DNA from: Phoronis australis
Taxonomy: Eukaryota; Animalia; Phoronida
Direction: 5' to 3'
Length of the DNA: 64,000 nt
Assembly: GCA_002633005.1 (NCBI GenBank)
Contig: NMRA01000333.1
Coordinates: 124,001-188,000, forward strand
Both the position numbers and the translations under genes were made by a program. The notes beneath the pieces were generated by a model. That model did no database searches, had not been told where the DNA came from, and saw nothing but the letters and a program-made list of their open reading frames with translations. This document shows positions 52,150 through 64,000 of this stretch, piece after piece; within the stretch, counting starts at the first letter, position 1; each line of letters starts with the position of its first letter.

Positions 52150-53945
52150 CATCTGTTGGGCAGTGCTAACTTGGTACGCCCTGAATGTGACAAGACCAGT
52201 CAGTGTTAAAAGATGTTGCCTTCTATCACATTTCTTGGTCATTTATTGTTACAATGTCGTGGAGCTGTTTTCATGTAAAACCTGTCGCACAAATGTTAAA
52301 GATGGTGTAAAATGGCCAAATGACTTTTGAACATGATATATATATTAATGTCATCTCTTCGTTTACTCCTGGCATTTACTAATTACGTTATCATACATTG
52401 GACATTGTTCCTGTTGTAACTTTGGTGGTTAAGTGACTGAGTGTGTTATTACTGGACAGATTCAGAACACAATGCGAAGATAACGTGTTTGAAACGTGAA
52501 AATGTAACCTTGACTACCACAATGCAAGGGTGGCTGAGTGACCAATTATATTTTCTCTCAGTTGGAGATCAAATCACAGAGTAAACCTGTCCTGGTTGGT
52601 GATGAAGTAGCTGGCATTTGCCGTAAAATTTGAATGGATTTGTACAAATGGTAAATTTTCTTAATTTCCCCCTGAAGAACAGTATCGATACTTGAGATAG
52701 CTAGTCTCTGGAATACATTTCATGATTGAAATTGATGAATTTCTTGCACGATTTCATATTTTCTTATTTAGCTATGGTTAGTAATAGCACTATGAAGTAG
52801 ATTGGAAGAAATGGATGATGGATTGATGGATAAACTTCTGTTGTTAAATGTTGTTGGGTGGTACATGATAGACAGTTTGACCCATATACTGGAATTCCTA
52901 CCTGGTTGTGCCACGATGACCTGTTGGTGTTCTTGCACTCAGTGTCACATGTATGTACCCCACTGTAAGACAGTAACTTTTGATGTATCTAAAACTGTTA
53001 TTTCTTTGCAAAGTATTCAGAGGTGAGAGCGAATCTCACTGACTGTATCTTTTTGAAGCACTGAATTTTGATAGTGAAATGCTTGAAAGAAAGTATTATT
53101 TTTTGTCTTCGAGTTTTATATGGTAGTATTTCATTATTTATCAGAACAAACTTCTGTAAATCTGTTGTCACGACAACCCAGCATAGTTTTTCAGAAAGTT
53201 CAACTTCAGATTTTTGCTGTAGAGATTTGTAGCTTTGCCAACAAAACACCCGGCCTTTTCTCCCAATCTTCGTCAGACTGTGACCATCAGGGGACAAAAT
53301 GGATAGGCTTTGATACGAGAGTTATAAAGTGAGATAACATGTGCACCGTGAACTTCAGCATCGTGCTGAATAACTCCTAAGGAAAAAGTTGCGCAACATC
53401 CCTGATGTTGATTTCTTTTGCCGACGAGTCAACTTTGATCTGGAAGACAACTAGCATTTCGCTGTTTTTGTGTTAATCGGTGAGATTGGCAGCAGAAGGG
53501 CAAGGATTCTTGCTCTGAAGTTATCACTCTTTCTCGTTGTCTGACACATTAAGTGACACATCAGCATTATGTAGTTGTATTAGAACAAGCTGGATGTTTG
53601 ATGCACTAACATTTTGTGACTTAGTTTCAATAATATCTGCATGATAAATCAAAAGCTGCTACCATGACTTACTACAAAGTTAAGTATTTTTGGTTTGAGG
53701 CTGTTTGCTGTTTAACGAACCATTCCCTTGACGATTCTGTTTCCATTATTGCATTTCGTAAATTCATGAATTCCCATTACTAAAACGAGTTTTGTTCAAA
53801 ACGACGTTCTATTTGTTTTTAATGGTGCCATTTAGAGCGTGTATCTAATTATGGTGGACATTAAAAACAAATGGAACGTCCCGTTCAGCAAAACTTGTCC
53901 TGTTACACCAGGGTACATTGTGTTGTAAGCAATGATGTTGTCTAA

Positions 53946-53979
53946 AATAAAAACCCTTTTCTGTACTTTTGCATTTATT
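53946..53979. terminator. Opposed candidate poly(A) signals of ANKMY2 (+) and the minus-strand gene
   Basis: AATAAA (+) 53946-53951 and TTTATT 53974-53979; strand composition flips from T/G-rich to A/C-rich here. Confidence 0.5.
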
Positions 53980-55759
53980 TTATGTATATTACTCACAAAA
54001 TACAAAAATAGATTTCAAAAGACATCTCAAATACATACAAGAAAATTAATAACCACATTTTTTTACTATATCGTTTCAATATTTATGCTGTACTAAAATT
54101 CAATAAAAATATTAAAACCACAGTACCCCTTAACAAATTTCCCACTTTATACAGCGACATCAATAATAGGTCTCTTTGCTATTTGCATATTTGCCGATTG
54201 TTGTTCCAGTAAAATATGCACCAGAAGGGAGAGGCACTTCACCCACCATTTGCAAGTTTATTCATTTCCGTACACACCACTTATACCATTCGATTAGTTT
54301 GTAATGCAACCACATCCATCCCTGTTCCCCACTCCCCAAACATAAGAAACAGAGGTCATAATAGTAAACCTGCTGTTCGTGTTTACATTTAAGATCCCAA
54401 CCAGTATGCATCATTCAGAGATACCACTTGCAAAATGGAATGTAGAGCAGCAGGAAGTCGAGATGTGAACTCGTGGAAATTTGGTTTGGTATACACGCAC
54501 TTTGTTGGACGTCAAATTTATGGATCAAAAACACAACTGGTAATATTTAACTTTCACGAGAACAACGTAGTAATTTATTTATATTTTGTTCTGAACACAA
54601 CCACCCACATTTTTTATGTCAAGTGCCTTTCTCCTCGTAGTGATGAGACTAGAACAGCCCTGAATTTTAAATATAACAAATTGGAATTTTTACATGTCCT
54701 TAAATAATAAAAATGCATTCACATCTAAAACTGTTCATTAAGTTCTATTTAATCAAACTGAGGTCTTATTACAAGGTGTTGTTTGTTGATTCATTGTCAC
54801 TCTTAGCTTTAACCTAGATTATTGATGTTTACCCGCAACCTAATAACAGTCTACATAATTAAAGTTATAGCAATATATTCTGAAAACATTACCTGACGAC
54901 AGACAATTAAAAAGGTGTTTCCTAAAATAATTCTCCAGTCTTCAGGAAAGTTGATATTCATTGCTTAATAGAATTGTTTCTCAATTGGCCATTATAAGTT
55001 AATTTGTTAAATTTGAGCAGCTTTAGTATTATTGCATGTAAAACCCATAATCACCAACACCATTATGGTATAATTATCTAACCCTCAATAAATAAAGGCA
55101 CATAACATTTATGACACCTCACCACAATATACATAATATTAATTTAACAATCAACAATAAATGTATCAATAGGGTCATTCACCCGACTGAACTTTAATCT
55201 GACTTGTTGACAGACGAGAAATTTTCAATGTTTTTATAAAATTGAATTCAGGTAAAGAGATTAGCATTAGTTAACTTTAATAATTATAATCCCTTTTCAA
55301 TTTTAAAAATCATCACTATGTCATAGATAACAAATCTTCACTAACCAAGTACAACACGGAAAGATTAAACATGAACAACACCCAATTTCTCTTGTATCTG
55401 ATAGTAATCCCTTCATATTGAAATTGCACACATTAAGACTAGTTCATTGTACCTACTGAATAAATGCGGATGTCCAACTTGAATACGGTAAACACTTGAT
55501 TTTCGCACACATTGCAGACAAGAATTGACAATAAAAATAGGCACAGTGTACAGCGCAACTAACATAAAACAAAACTTGGTGAAAAATTTCATCATTTCAT
55601 CAATACAACGTGGTAATTACTTTTGCGCAAAATTGAAAATAAAATACAAGCTACTATATTGTACCGGGTATCTGGCATATTTGGAGTTAACTGGACGGAG
55701 GAAATAATGCTAACTTTTGCATGAGACAAAAACTTCAACACAAAAATGTCTATGCCAAA

Positions 55760-55826
55760 ATAGAGATTATTGAGCCGCCAGCACTACACTATATATATAT
55801 AGAGATTATTGAGCCGCCAGCACTAT
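55760..55826. repeat. Short tandem duplication
   Basis: ATAGAGATTATTGAGCCGCCAGCACTA twice, separated by a (TA)n run. Confidence 0.75.
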
Positions 55827-58097
55827 ATGACATTTAATGACATTTGATGCCAAAAGGACTGATGCTACACAGTTCCATCTTTTAATTTTTAGCTGTAGAA
55901 TACGTTTATCCACCACATGAATGTACTATTGTCTTATTGCACAGTGGGACAAGAATGGTGCCAACACTTCAACACTGAATACTGTGCGGTGACAATTGTG
56001 AAGCATAGCATTCACCATCATAGAAAGTTTATCCTCGGAGAAACACACACTTAAAGTCAAATTCAGTTTTGTTTTCTCAGTCTTATTACAAACATGCTTG
56101 CACAAACACACAATCAAAACTCCAATTTTAACTGGGTAAACACAAATCTCACAATAACTTGATTTCCTATCTAAATTATGTTGCCATGACAACATTTTGA
56201 ATATGACCAGCATGAAGGGGCAGCTGCCTATCAATCTCTAGGTGGGTGTGTCCACAGCTCTGTAATATATGCCAGCTGCCAATCTCTTGCATCCTATGTG
56301 TGTGTGTACAGAGGTACCATCAAGTCGATCAGATGGTCGCATAAGGTGCAGACACTTTGTAATCTCTCTGAAAACAATATTTAAGAAAAGATGCTAAAAA
56401 TGAAGTGATCATTTTGAGGAGGTTTGGCCAAAGCAACACAATGATACAAATATTAAAAACAGCGCAGGCACTTATCAATAACAGTCACAAAACACAAAAT
56501 AGTTGGTAAGAGCTGAATACCACACAATGAGTTTGTAAACAGATATTTATGGATTTGAAGTCACAGTATGGATTTAGCATGAGCATATGGTTTAAAATCA
56601 AAATTAACTAAGTGCTCTGTTGTGAAAAAACAACTGATAACAACTACAAACTCTAGAGGAGCAGACTAAAGATGTAGCACCCTGCGCCTTCATAAAACTA
56701 AGTTTTGGGTTAGGTACTTATCACCATAAAATTTAGCTGAAATCGTTCCTTGATCAAATTCAGAGTTATTTCAGCGCTTTGAAAGAACTGGCAGTCCATT
56801 ATTACTTGGGAGCAGGCTCATGAATAATGAAGTGTCAATTCTTCTCGAATTCAGTATCACTTCTTAACTGAATAATGAACAAGATAAGTGACCTAAATCA
56901 AATTTCTTTGACAGAAAGCATGGGTTTAATACTGCTTTAAGGCCTGATGTTAAATCTCAGAACTTAAAACTTCGACATGTTTTTAATAATCTTCCTATAG
57001 TTCACACAAAAGTGTGTGCAACATAAGTTCACACTTGATGACCTCAAAACCTCTGAGTTACATTAAAATTTGAACTTAAAATCTTATTTGAAATTAAGTT
57101 TGAAACATCTCAGTGTGTCACCTGTACTCTACTCAAGTACCAAATGACAACAGATGGTAAAATCAAAATAATGAAAATAAACTTTGGAATTAAGAGTTAA
57201 GTTCAGAGATTAGTCTTCTGGCTCTGGTCATTGATATCAGAAAATCTCTAGCAAAAGTTTTCTTGAGACAAGTTTTGTCAACCACAATGTTTATCTAAGG
57301 GCATTAAATGCAAACTGAACGTCGCGTTCAACAAAACTTGTTTCATTACTATTACAAATATTTTCGGGTATCTCAAGCAATGTTTAAACTTTCTATTATC
57401 TGTACATACAGAAACACAATGAAAAGATCACACTTATCACCCACAAAACAAACAGAAACAGTTAGAGAAGCTACAGAACAACACTATCAGTGAAAAGTGA
57501 GCTGAAAACAGAACATGTTTACTGTGCTGCACAAAATCAGTAACACAATACAAACATCAAATTCAGGTAAACAAAATTTAAAACATTTTTTTTCAATTTA
57601 TAAAAAATATTACAGATAGTGCTACATGTGTGACTGAAAACAAGTTGTAAAACACAATTCAGTATATAAAGAGGCTTTCTTAGATATGGTGTACATTAGA
57701 TTACAGAATGTTGTTCTAGAATTGAAAGCTCTATAGTTTGACAGACAACAGGAAAGTATTATGTTTCTTAAATGGTTTAAATTCTATGAAAAGTCTGCAA
57801 TTTGTCATTTACAGAGAATACAGAAAATATTTTTAATTACAAGAACTATACATAGAAATTACTGACCCCTAATAAACCAAAGTTGAGCAAAGTAACAAAA
57901 TTAAGACAGTTTTTCTTCTTGCTTCATCCTATAGCTCTACGTCTTATGGACTAAATGCTGTTTGATTTGACCAGTAGCTAGGTTTCTATAAATAGGAACG
58001 GCAAGCAAGATGAAGGTTTACACTTATCAAGCAGGGGAACATTTGCAAGTAAAAGCATCTAAGCTACAAGAATTCCAGAAACTAGAAATCACATACA

Positions 58098-61000
58098 TTA
58101 ACTATAGTCTACACTTGTTTGTACCTTTGGAAGCCTTCTTTGTATGTCAATTTCATTCTCAAAGTGGTTTGAATGTGTACTAGGTATGGTGCTTCTAATG
58201 TAATTCTGTCTCGGTGAAGTTTCAACTTTTCCATTCTCAGACACCTTTTGGTATGATGGCTAGACAAATAAAACGCAGGGTTTGAAATCAGACTTAAGTA
58301 CAGGTAAAATACTTAAGGTGTTATGTCTATCAGAAATGTTGCCTGGAATATTGAAGATAAGTCAACTTGGTTGTATTTTAAGAAACGAATCAACACATAT
58401 TTTTTGTGTATCATTATAACAATGAGGATGTCACTGTCATTTGAAGACAAAGTTTGCATGCAGTTATAAGAGGATAACTAGCAAACACGATGAAATAATC
58501 CATTCCAAGTTCTTTGCTAGAACATTCTCTAGAATGATGAAGTCCATGATAGCACTTTTTAATGTGTGATATCAAAATTGAAATTAAAAATTTATAGCAC
58601 TTCAACGAAATGATAATAAAACGCAACACATCACACTTGTACTAAAGACTTGTACTTACTTCCGTTTTGCTATAATGGTGCAGAGCCTCATCAAGGTTCA
58701 TCTTTTTATTGACTCCTCTGGGTGCCCCTGCCCCGGGGCGACCCCAGAAACTGTCATTGGCTTTATAATGCTGTAACAAAGTAGATCAAGTTAGTCGTAG
58801 TGAAACTTTTCTTCACATGAACATGATATTAAATAACATAAAGTGACATGTATTGAATATATTGAATATGTAGCAATAAAAAGAAATGGCGAGAGAATTG
58901 CCGGGATTTTCCCCATAGATAAGCTCAGGGGCTTGTATTTGGAAAATGAAAATTTTCAGGCATTTTTAGTCAACACCAAATAAATGCCCACTCAAAAGGT
59001 AGGCGTTCATTTGGAAAGGGGGGAGTGTAAACGGAAAGTCATAGCCTCCGCTGACTGAAAAAATCAGCCATTTAAATCAGCCATTTTTTCACAAATTCTT
59101 GCTTTTTAATGTTAAGTTAAAAAATAAACAGTTCACCAACTCTTTGTTCATCTTTATAAAGGATAAATGCTCCACAAAACTGATCCCGTAGCTAAAAGTT
59201 GATGCTGGGTGGGCTTTTAATAGAAAATTTTCCAAATACATGCCCCACTATCCGGACACTTGGAAACCAGACGTTGTAACATCAAATAAATGCCCATAAG
59301 CGTTTATTCAGCATAATTCTCTGAAGAAATACCCATGGGGTAGGCTTATCTACGGAAATCCCGGTAATGACCATTACAGAACACACACAGTCATGTATTT
59401 TCATAAATAATTAAATTAAAACAGACTTTTGAACAAGGATTTAATTTTTTTATAAAGCCATCACTAACATTAATTTATTCAAACAACTCAATCCCGATAA
59501 TTATCCTGATGAATGAGGAAATTTACAAAGTAAACTTCAATTTCAGACAAAAATAATTGCCAAAATTGTCATTTATCTATTTTTCATTCACTACTGTGTA
59601 ATGCTAAATAGTGTGTACCTGTTCCGCCATCTGTAACTCCTTCAGTTTATCTAACTGTCGGTCAACGTGTCTTCGCTGGGCCTCTCGCTCTAGGTCATTG
59701 TGGTAATCCCGCGAGTGCTCTGTCTTCTGAGGTCTTGTGTCCGTTTTCTAAATAAAAATATGACAGATCAATGCACATGTTGAATATTTTATTTCCAAAC
59801 ACCGCCCAAATTTTTGCATTTCATAGTAACGCTTTCATATCATTCTACAACAAACATGACAGCAGTTTTATAAAAACTGCTGCACATTACCAATCACGTG
59901 AATTTGAAAAATGTAAAACACCCCCTTAATAACCAAAATATACACACTAGAATTATTTTTATCATATAGCCCTATATGCCTAATTGCGGGACCACGCCTT
60001 ATTGCGGGACATTTGAGTAGAACTTGCATTGATTACGGTGCTCCGCATCTATTAATATCTTCAATGTTAAAAAACACTCCTAGTTTGTACATGGATTATA
60101 GTGCAAATTCTTTCTGACATGCTGCTGAAGAACCTGTATTGCTAGGTTGTTGATCTTGGCAGAAAAATAAGTTTACGGATTAGATGTGAATGCCAATGCC
60201 ATGGTAGTAGACATTCAGGTGGGACAACCACGACTCAATTGCAGTAAAAACGTTGTTAGGAGTAATACGTATATTTTTAGATGAGGAGATGAACAAACTG
60301 TTATCTTATATGTAAGTCATTCTTGAAAATAAACCTTGTAATTATTTTTTAAACTGTATTTTTAGAATTTAATTATTCCTGTACTCTACCAGAGTGTCAC
60401 TAACGCCCCACGCTGTGAAATAAAATGCATTCAGTCTATATTTTAAAATCATTCAAGGTGCGCCTACATGTATAACCGAAGTACTGCCTGCCTCCAATTG
60501 CGTAACTTATCATTATTACTATTATTATTATTAATATCAAAGCCTGCAGCGTAAAATGCCAATTATGGTATTCTGAGAATCATAGTTAGGTACCTCTTTA
60601 GTGACGTCACTAGAGGGGAGATGCTGGTTCAGTAACTGTCCTGTGTACTGGTCTCTACGAGGCCTTCCTACTTGGTAGTCTTTAATCACAGATGCGAGCT
60701 CCCCTATTGGTTGTTTTTGGTACCGTTGATCTTCCTCGCGTATCTGTTTCTGCTCCGCCATCTCGTGTTCTGTTTTGAAATCAAGAAGATCACAAATAGT
60801 TTAATTCACAGCATGTTATGGTCGATTTTGTGTCCAATACTAGCCTTCAATGTGTTTAATTCACAGCCTGTTATGAACTATAATTGTAGAATCATACTAG
60901 TCTTCAACTTTCGTCTACGAGCCAAAAACGCTACGTAAGAGCCCAGCGGTGGCTTTTGGTTGCAATTGTGAAAAATTTGAAGCCTATTGCACAAAAATGC

Positions 61001-63479
61001 CTTGAAGCAACTTACGCAGTTCATTCAGATACTGTTGTGCTGCTAATTTCTTCTTTTGTGAATCCCCTGACAGCGCCTCATGACGTAGTTTGCCAAACAC
61101 AGTTGTCTGTACATTTCCATTCTGATCCTTCTTAGGGGCACCAGAACCAGCTTTGCCCCATGGGTCGTACACTTCGCCTCTTTTTGATGGTGATAACTCT
61201 GTTATTTTTGCATCTATAATCAAGCATAATTATTGTATTATCACTTGAAGTTTAACTTGACTAACATTACATTTAGGTCATAGTCTATGTTTAGATAATC
61301 ACATGCAACCCTAGATTTTCAAAATTTTCACTTTTGACTGTACATGTTTCTCAATTACACACCCTGGGATTTGACTCAAATTGACTCAACAAATGCAACA
61401 GTAAGGCGCGATTATTAAATTAAAAATCCTCAAAAGCATATTTTTCTGACACATCTAAATCACATGTTTATCATTAGTATTCTGTGAAAACAGTGTTCTA
61501 CAAAATTAACACAGAGTGGTGCCAAGTGCCATATCTCTCAGAATTCAACAAAGTAAAAGAATGTGCAGAAAGTCGACATCTTTACTTCTATAAGGCATCT
61601 TCCACTTGCTTTTCTAGGTCACTAAAGATAAAAGCTTCTAGTTCAAAGCAGAAATAATTTTTTGTGCACCAGATAGTACATGACACACGCAAGCGTTTTC
61701 ACTCCTCACACTAGTAACCACTCGATGTACCTTCGGCTGCGAGAAATAATCGATTCCAATGTCAGGTTTAATTATGTAGCAATTTTTTTACAAAAACTTT
61801 TAAAATCATTGATTGAAAATAAGTTACAACACATACATTTATTTACAAAACAGAAATTAATGATATTTCATAAAATAAAAAGAAAATACCTAAAATACAA
61901 TCCAACCACATTACAGTTGTATGAGTCTCTGGAAAAATGTCGATCTTTAATAAATAGTTTTGAAACTGATTAAATACACAGACATGTCGCAAAGGTTTTG
62001 TAGTTTTCTCCCTTGTAATGTTCGATTGTGTATCCATTCAAGGTCAACTGTACTATTGACAAGTTGGTTACGGAAAACTTCCTTTCAACAGAATAATTAC
62101 AAAAAGATCCAGTAGGGTTTGTTGTAAAAGGATTTGACAGTATATTATCTAATTAATAAAGATTGGAAAAACTGATAACAAAATCAATAAAGTGACTAAA
62201 TTGTAAAAAATAACAAAAACTGGCAAAATTGTTAAATACTAAGGTTGAATGAACGAAACATTTGATGCTTTTATTATAAGAATCTTTAATTCTAATATGA
62301 ATTCTAAAGAATTTGGAAAAAATTGAGTACTATTGATTAGGCAAAAGCAAAACAACATTCAATTAGAAACACTGAGTAGAAAAATTAATGTTAGTGCCAA
62401 GAAAATTTACTTATATGTTAGGCAACACTGGTGCTGCAGAAAAAGACTATGGACGACAAGAAATACAGAAATTTGATGGAAAATCTTACAGCATATCTGC
62501 AAAATGATATGTTTTTGTGATAATTTCAAAGCACAAGTTGGGAAAGCAAGTTTTTGAAAAAAAAATAGATACCCACTAATAAGTTTACTTTGAAATGTAT
62601 TCTGGTTTGAGTTAACGTAAAATCAAGAACAAGCTGATTTTGTGGCATCAAAGTTAAAGGACATGATTGTGTGTTTATTGGGAAATCACTGTTTGGATAG
62701 CTTTGGAACAAAATGAATTAAATACAATAAAATCTTAACAGGAAAATTTGTGAGTGTCAACCGTGTTAAAGATAATTGCAATGTTTGAAAAAGCGTCAAA
62801 CCTTCACAATAACAGCTAAGCTACAAACTGAGAGGTCAGTTAAGAAGTTTGACGGGAAATTTTCTGCTAAGAGTAGGAGCGAATAGAAGTTTCTAAGCGA
62901 GAGAAAATTGCGGGTGACTACTGCATCAGCTATATAACTTTGCTCACATTTTGTTATAAAATCTGGCCGCGGGTCAAAATAAAAATCTGAAACAAACCAT
63001 GGCAACAAATACAACCAATGACAAAGAAATCAATATTAACAGAAAGTAAATGTAAACACTTCCAAAAATACCATGACAAATTATGTGTAAGTTCAGAAAC
63101 AACTTAATAGGAATCAGCAAAATTATTCTGGTCCAGCTGTTTATCACGACAACACTATTTTATAATTTTAAGTTCCTTTAGTAGCGTCACTCACCAACTG
63201 ACAGATTGCTCAATTGCTTTCGCAAGCAATTATAAACTAACAATACTTTATACAATTACTGAAATTCAATATGTAACTTGAAAAGCAAAAAATGAGATCT
63301 TTTTGTGACTAAAATTCTATCAAAATCAATTTTTTATCCTGTTGATACAAGTGTACCACACACTTACCTCCTAAAAGGTCAAAGTTCATGGTATTCTGGA
63401 ACCGTGCATTAACTTTACCACTGTCCGTCTTTTTTGGGGCTCCGGCCCATGCTTTACCCATATCAATAGAAGCATCCCC
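58098..63479 (-). CDS. 3' portion of an uncharacterised coiled-coil protein with WG(R/K)xGxGAP repeats (CSPP1/CCDC66-like); 5' end outside the window
   Basis: Frame-consistent GT-AG exons 63479-63368, 61213-61016, 60769-60594, 59747-59619, 58770-58660, 58259-58098; motifs MGKAWAGAP, YDPWGKAGSGAP, FWGRPGAGAP alternating with helices (QQYLNELQHEMAEQK, DYHNDLEREAQRR). Confidence 0.85.
58901..59364. mobile_element. pogo/Tc1-type MITE
   Basis: CCGGGATTTT..TAGATAAGC / GCTTATCTACGGAAATCCCGG inverted ends, TA on the right and TG on the left. Confidence 0.7.
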
Positions 63480-64000
63480 CTGAAAAGGAAACATGTTAAA
63501 ATGTTCTTGGAATCTATTACACCAGATATCTAAGATAGCAAGGCTGCGACTAAACAAACTTTACTCAAGATTCGACTCGAACATTTGAAAGTTTGCTGAA
63601 AATTTCGTAAGCCACGCAGTAGCTCACTTTTGTAGAGCTTGGTGATTTTGAGCTCAGTACTCTCATTTGTGAGTAATTTGACAGAAAATACTATATTCTA
63701 GACCATGACAATTAGGTCTGCTTTCTCACAAAGCCTGTTTAGCAACACTGAGATGCAGGTTTAGCCAGATATTTGAGCAACAGCTGATTGCACAGAGCAC
63801 CAGAATGTCTTTAAACTTTACTAAAATTTTCACTTTTTTCGAACATCAAAAATATTTCAGCACAAAAGTAGTAATAAAACAAACTTTAATAGAGTGTAAA
63901 TTTGACAGCAGCCTCCTTTGAAAACACTTCTGAGAGAAATCCGTCTTGTTTCAGTGTTGTTATTTTTGTTGGAGGCTTGAGGGAAGCGAGACTCCAAACA

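Overview
Intron-rich, AT-rich eukaryotic DNA from an invertebrate animal (lophotrochozoan/mollusc-like is an inference from repeat types only). The first ~19.5 kb is mostly decayed transposons: a full-length Mag-type Ty3/Gypsy element with both LTRs, a second integrase element with a decayed C-terminal PHD finger, an L1/Tx1 LINE, an LTR/LINE mosaic with heat-shock elements, a THAP remnant and MITEs. A small cysteine-rich chitin-binding-like gene sits among them. The rest holds four tightly packed spliced genes reconstructed by hand from GT-AG sites: CASC3/Barentsz (+, 9 exons, ~855 aa), NDUFB3 (-, 2 exons, 97 aa, missing from the ORF track), ANKMY2 (+, 11 exons, ~421 aa) and the 3' part of an unnamed coiled-coil gene with WG(R/K)xGxGAP repeats like CSPP1/CCDC66 (-). 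Most notable oddities: the PHD-tailed integrase element, a Helentron-like repeat carrying ~11 CTCF-like motifs, a minisatellite grown out of an ANKMY2 splice donor, and a candidate 6-nt microexon. No database searches were possible, so novelty is untested.
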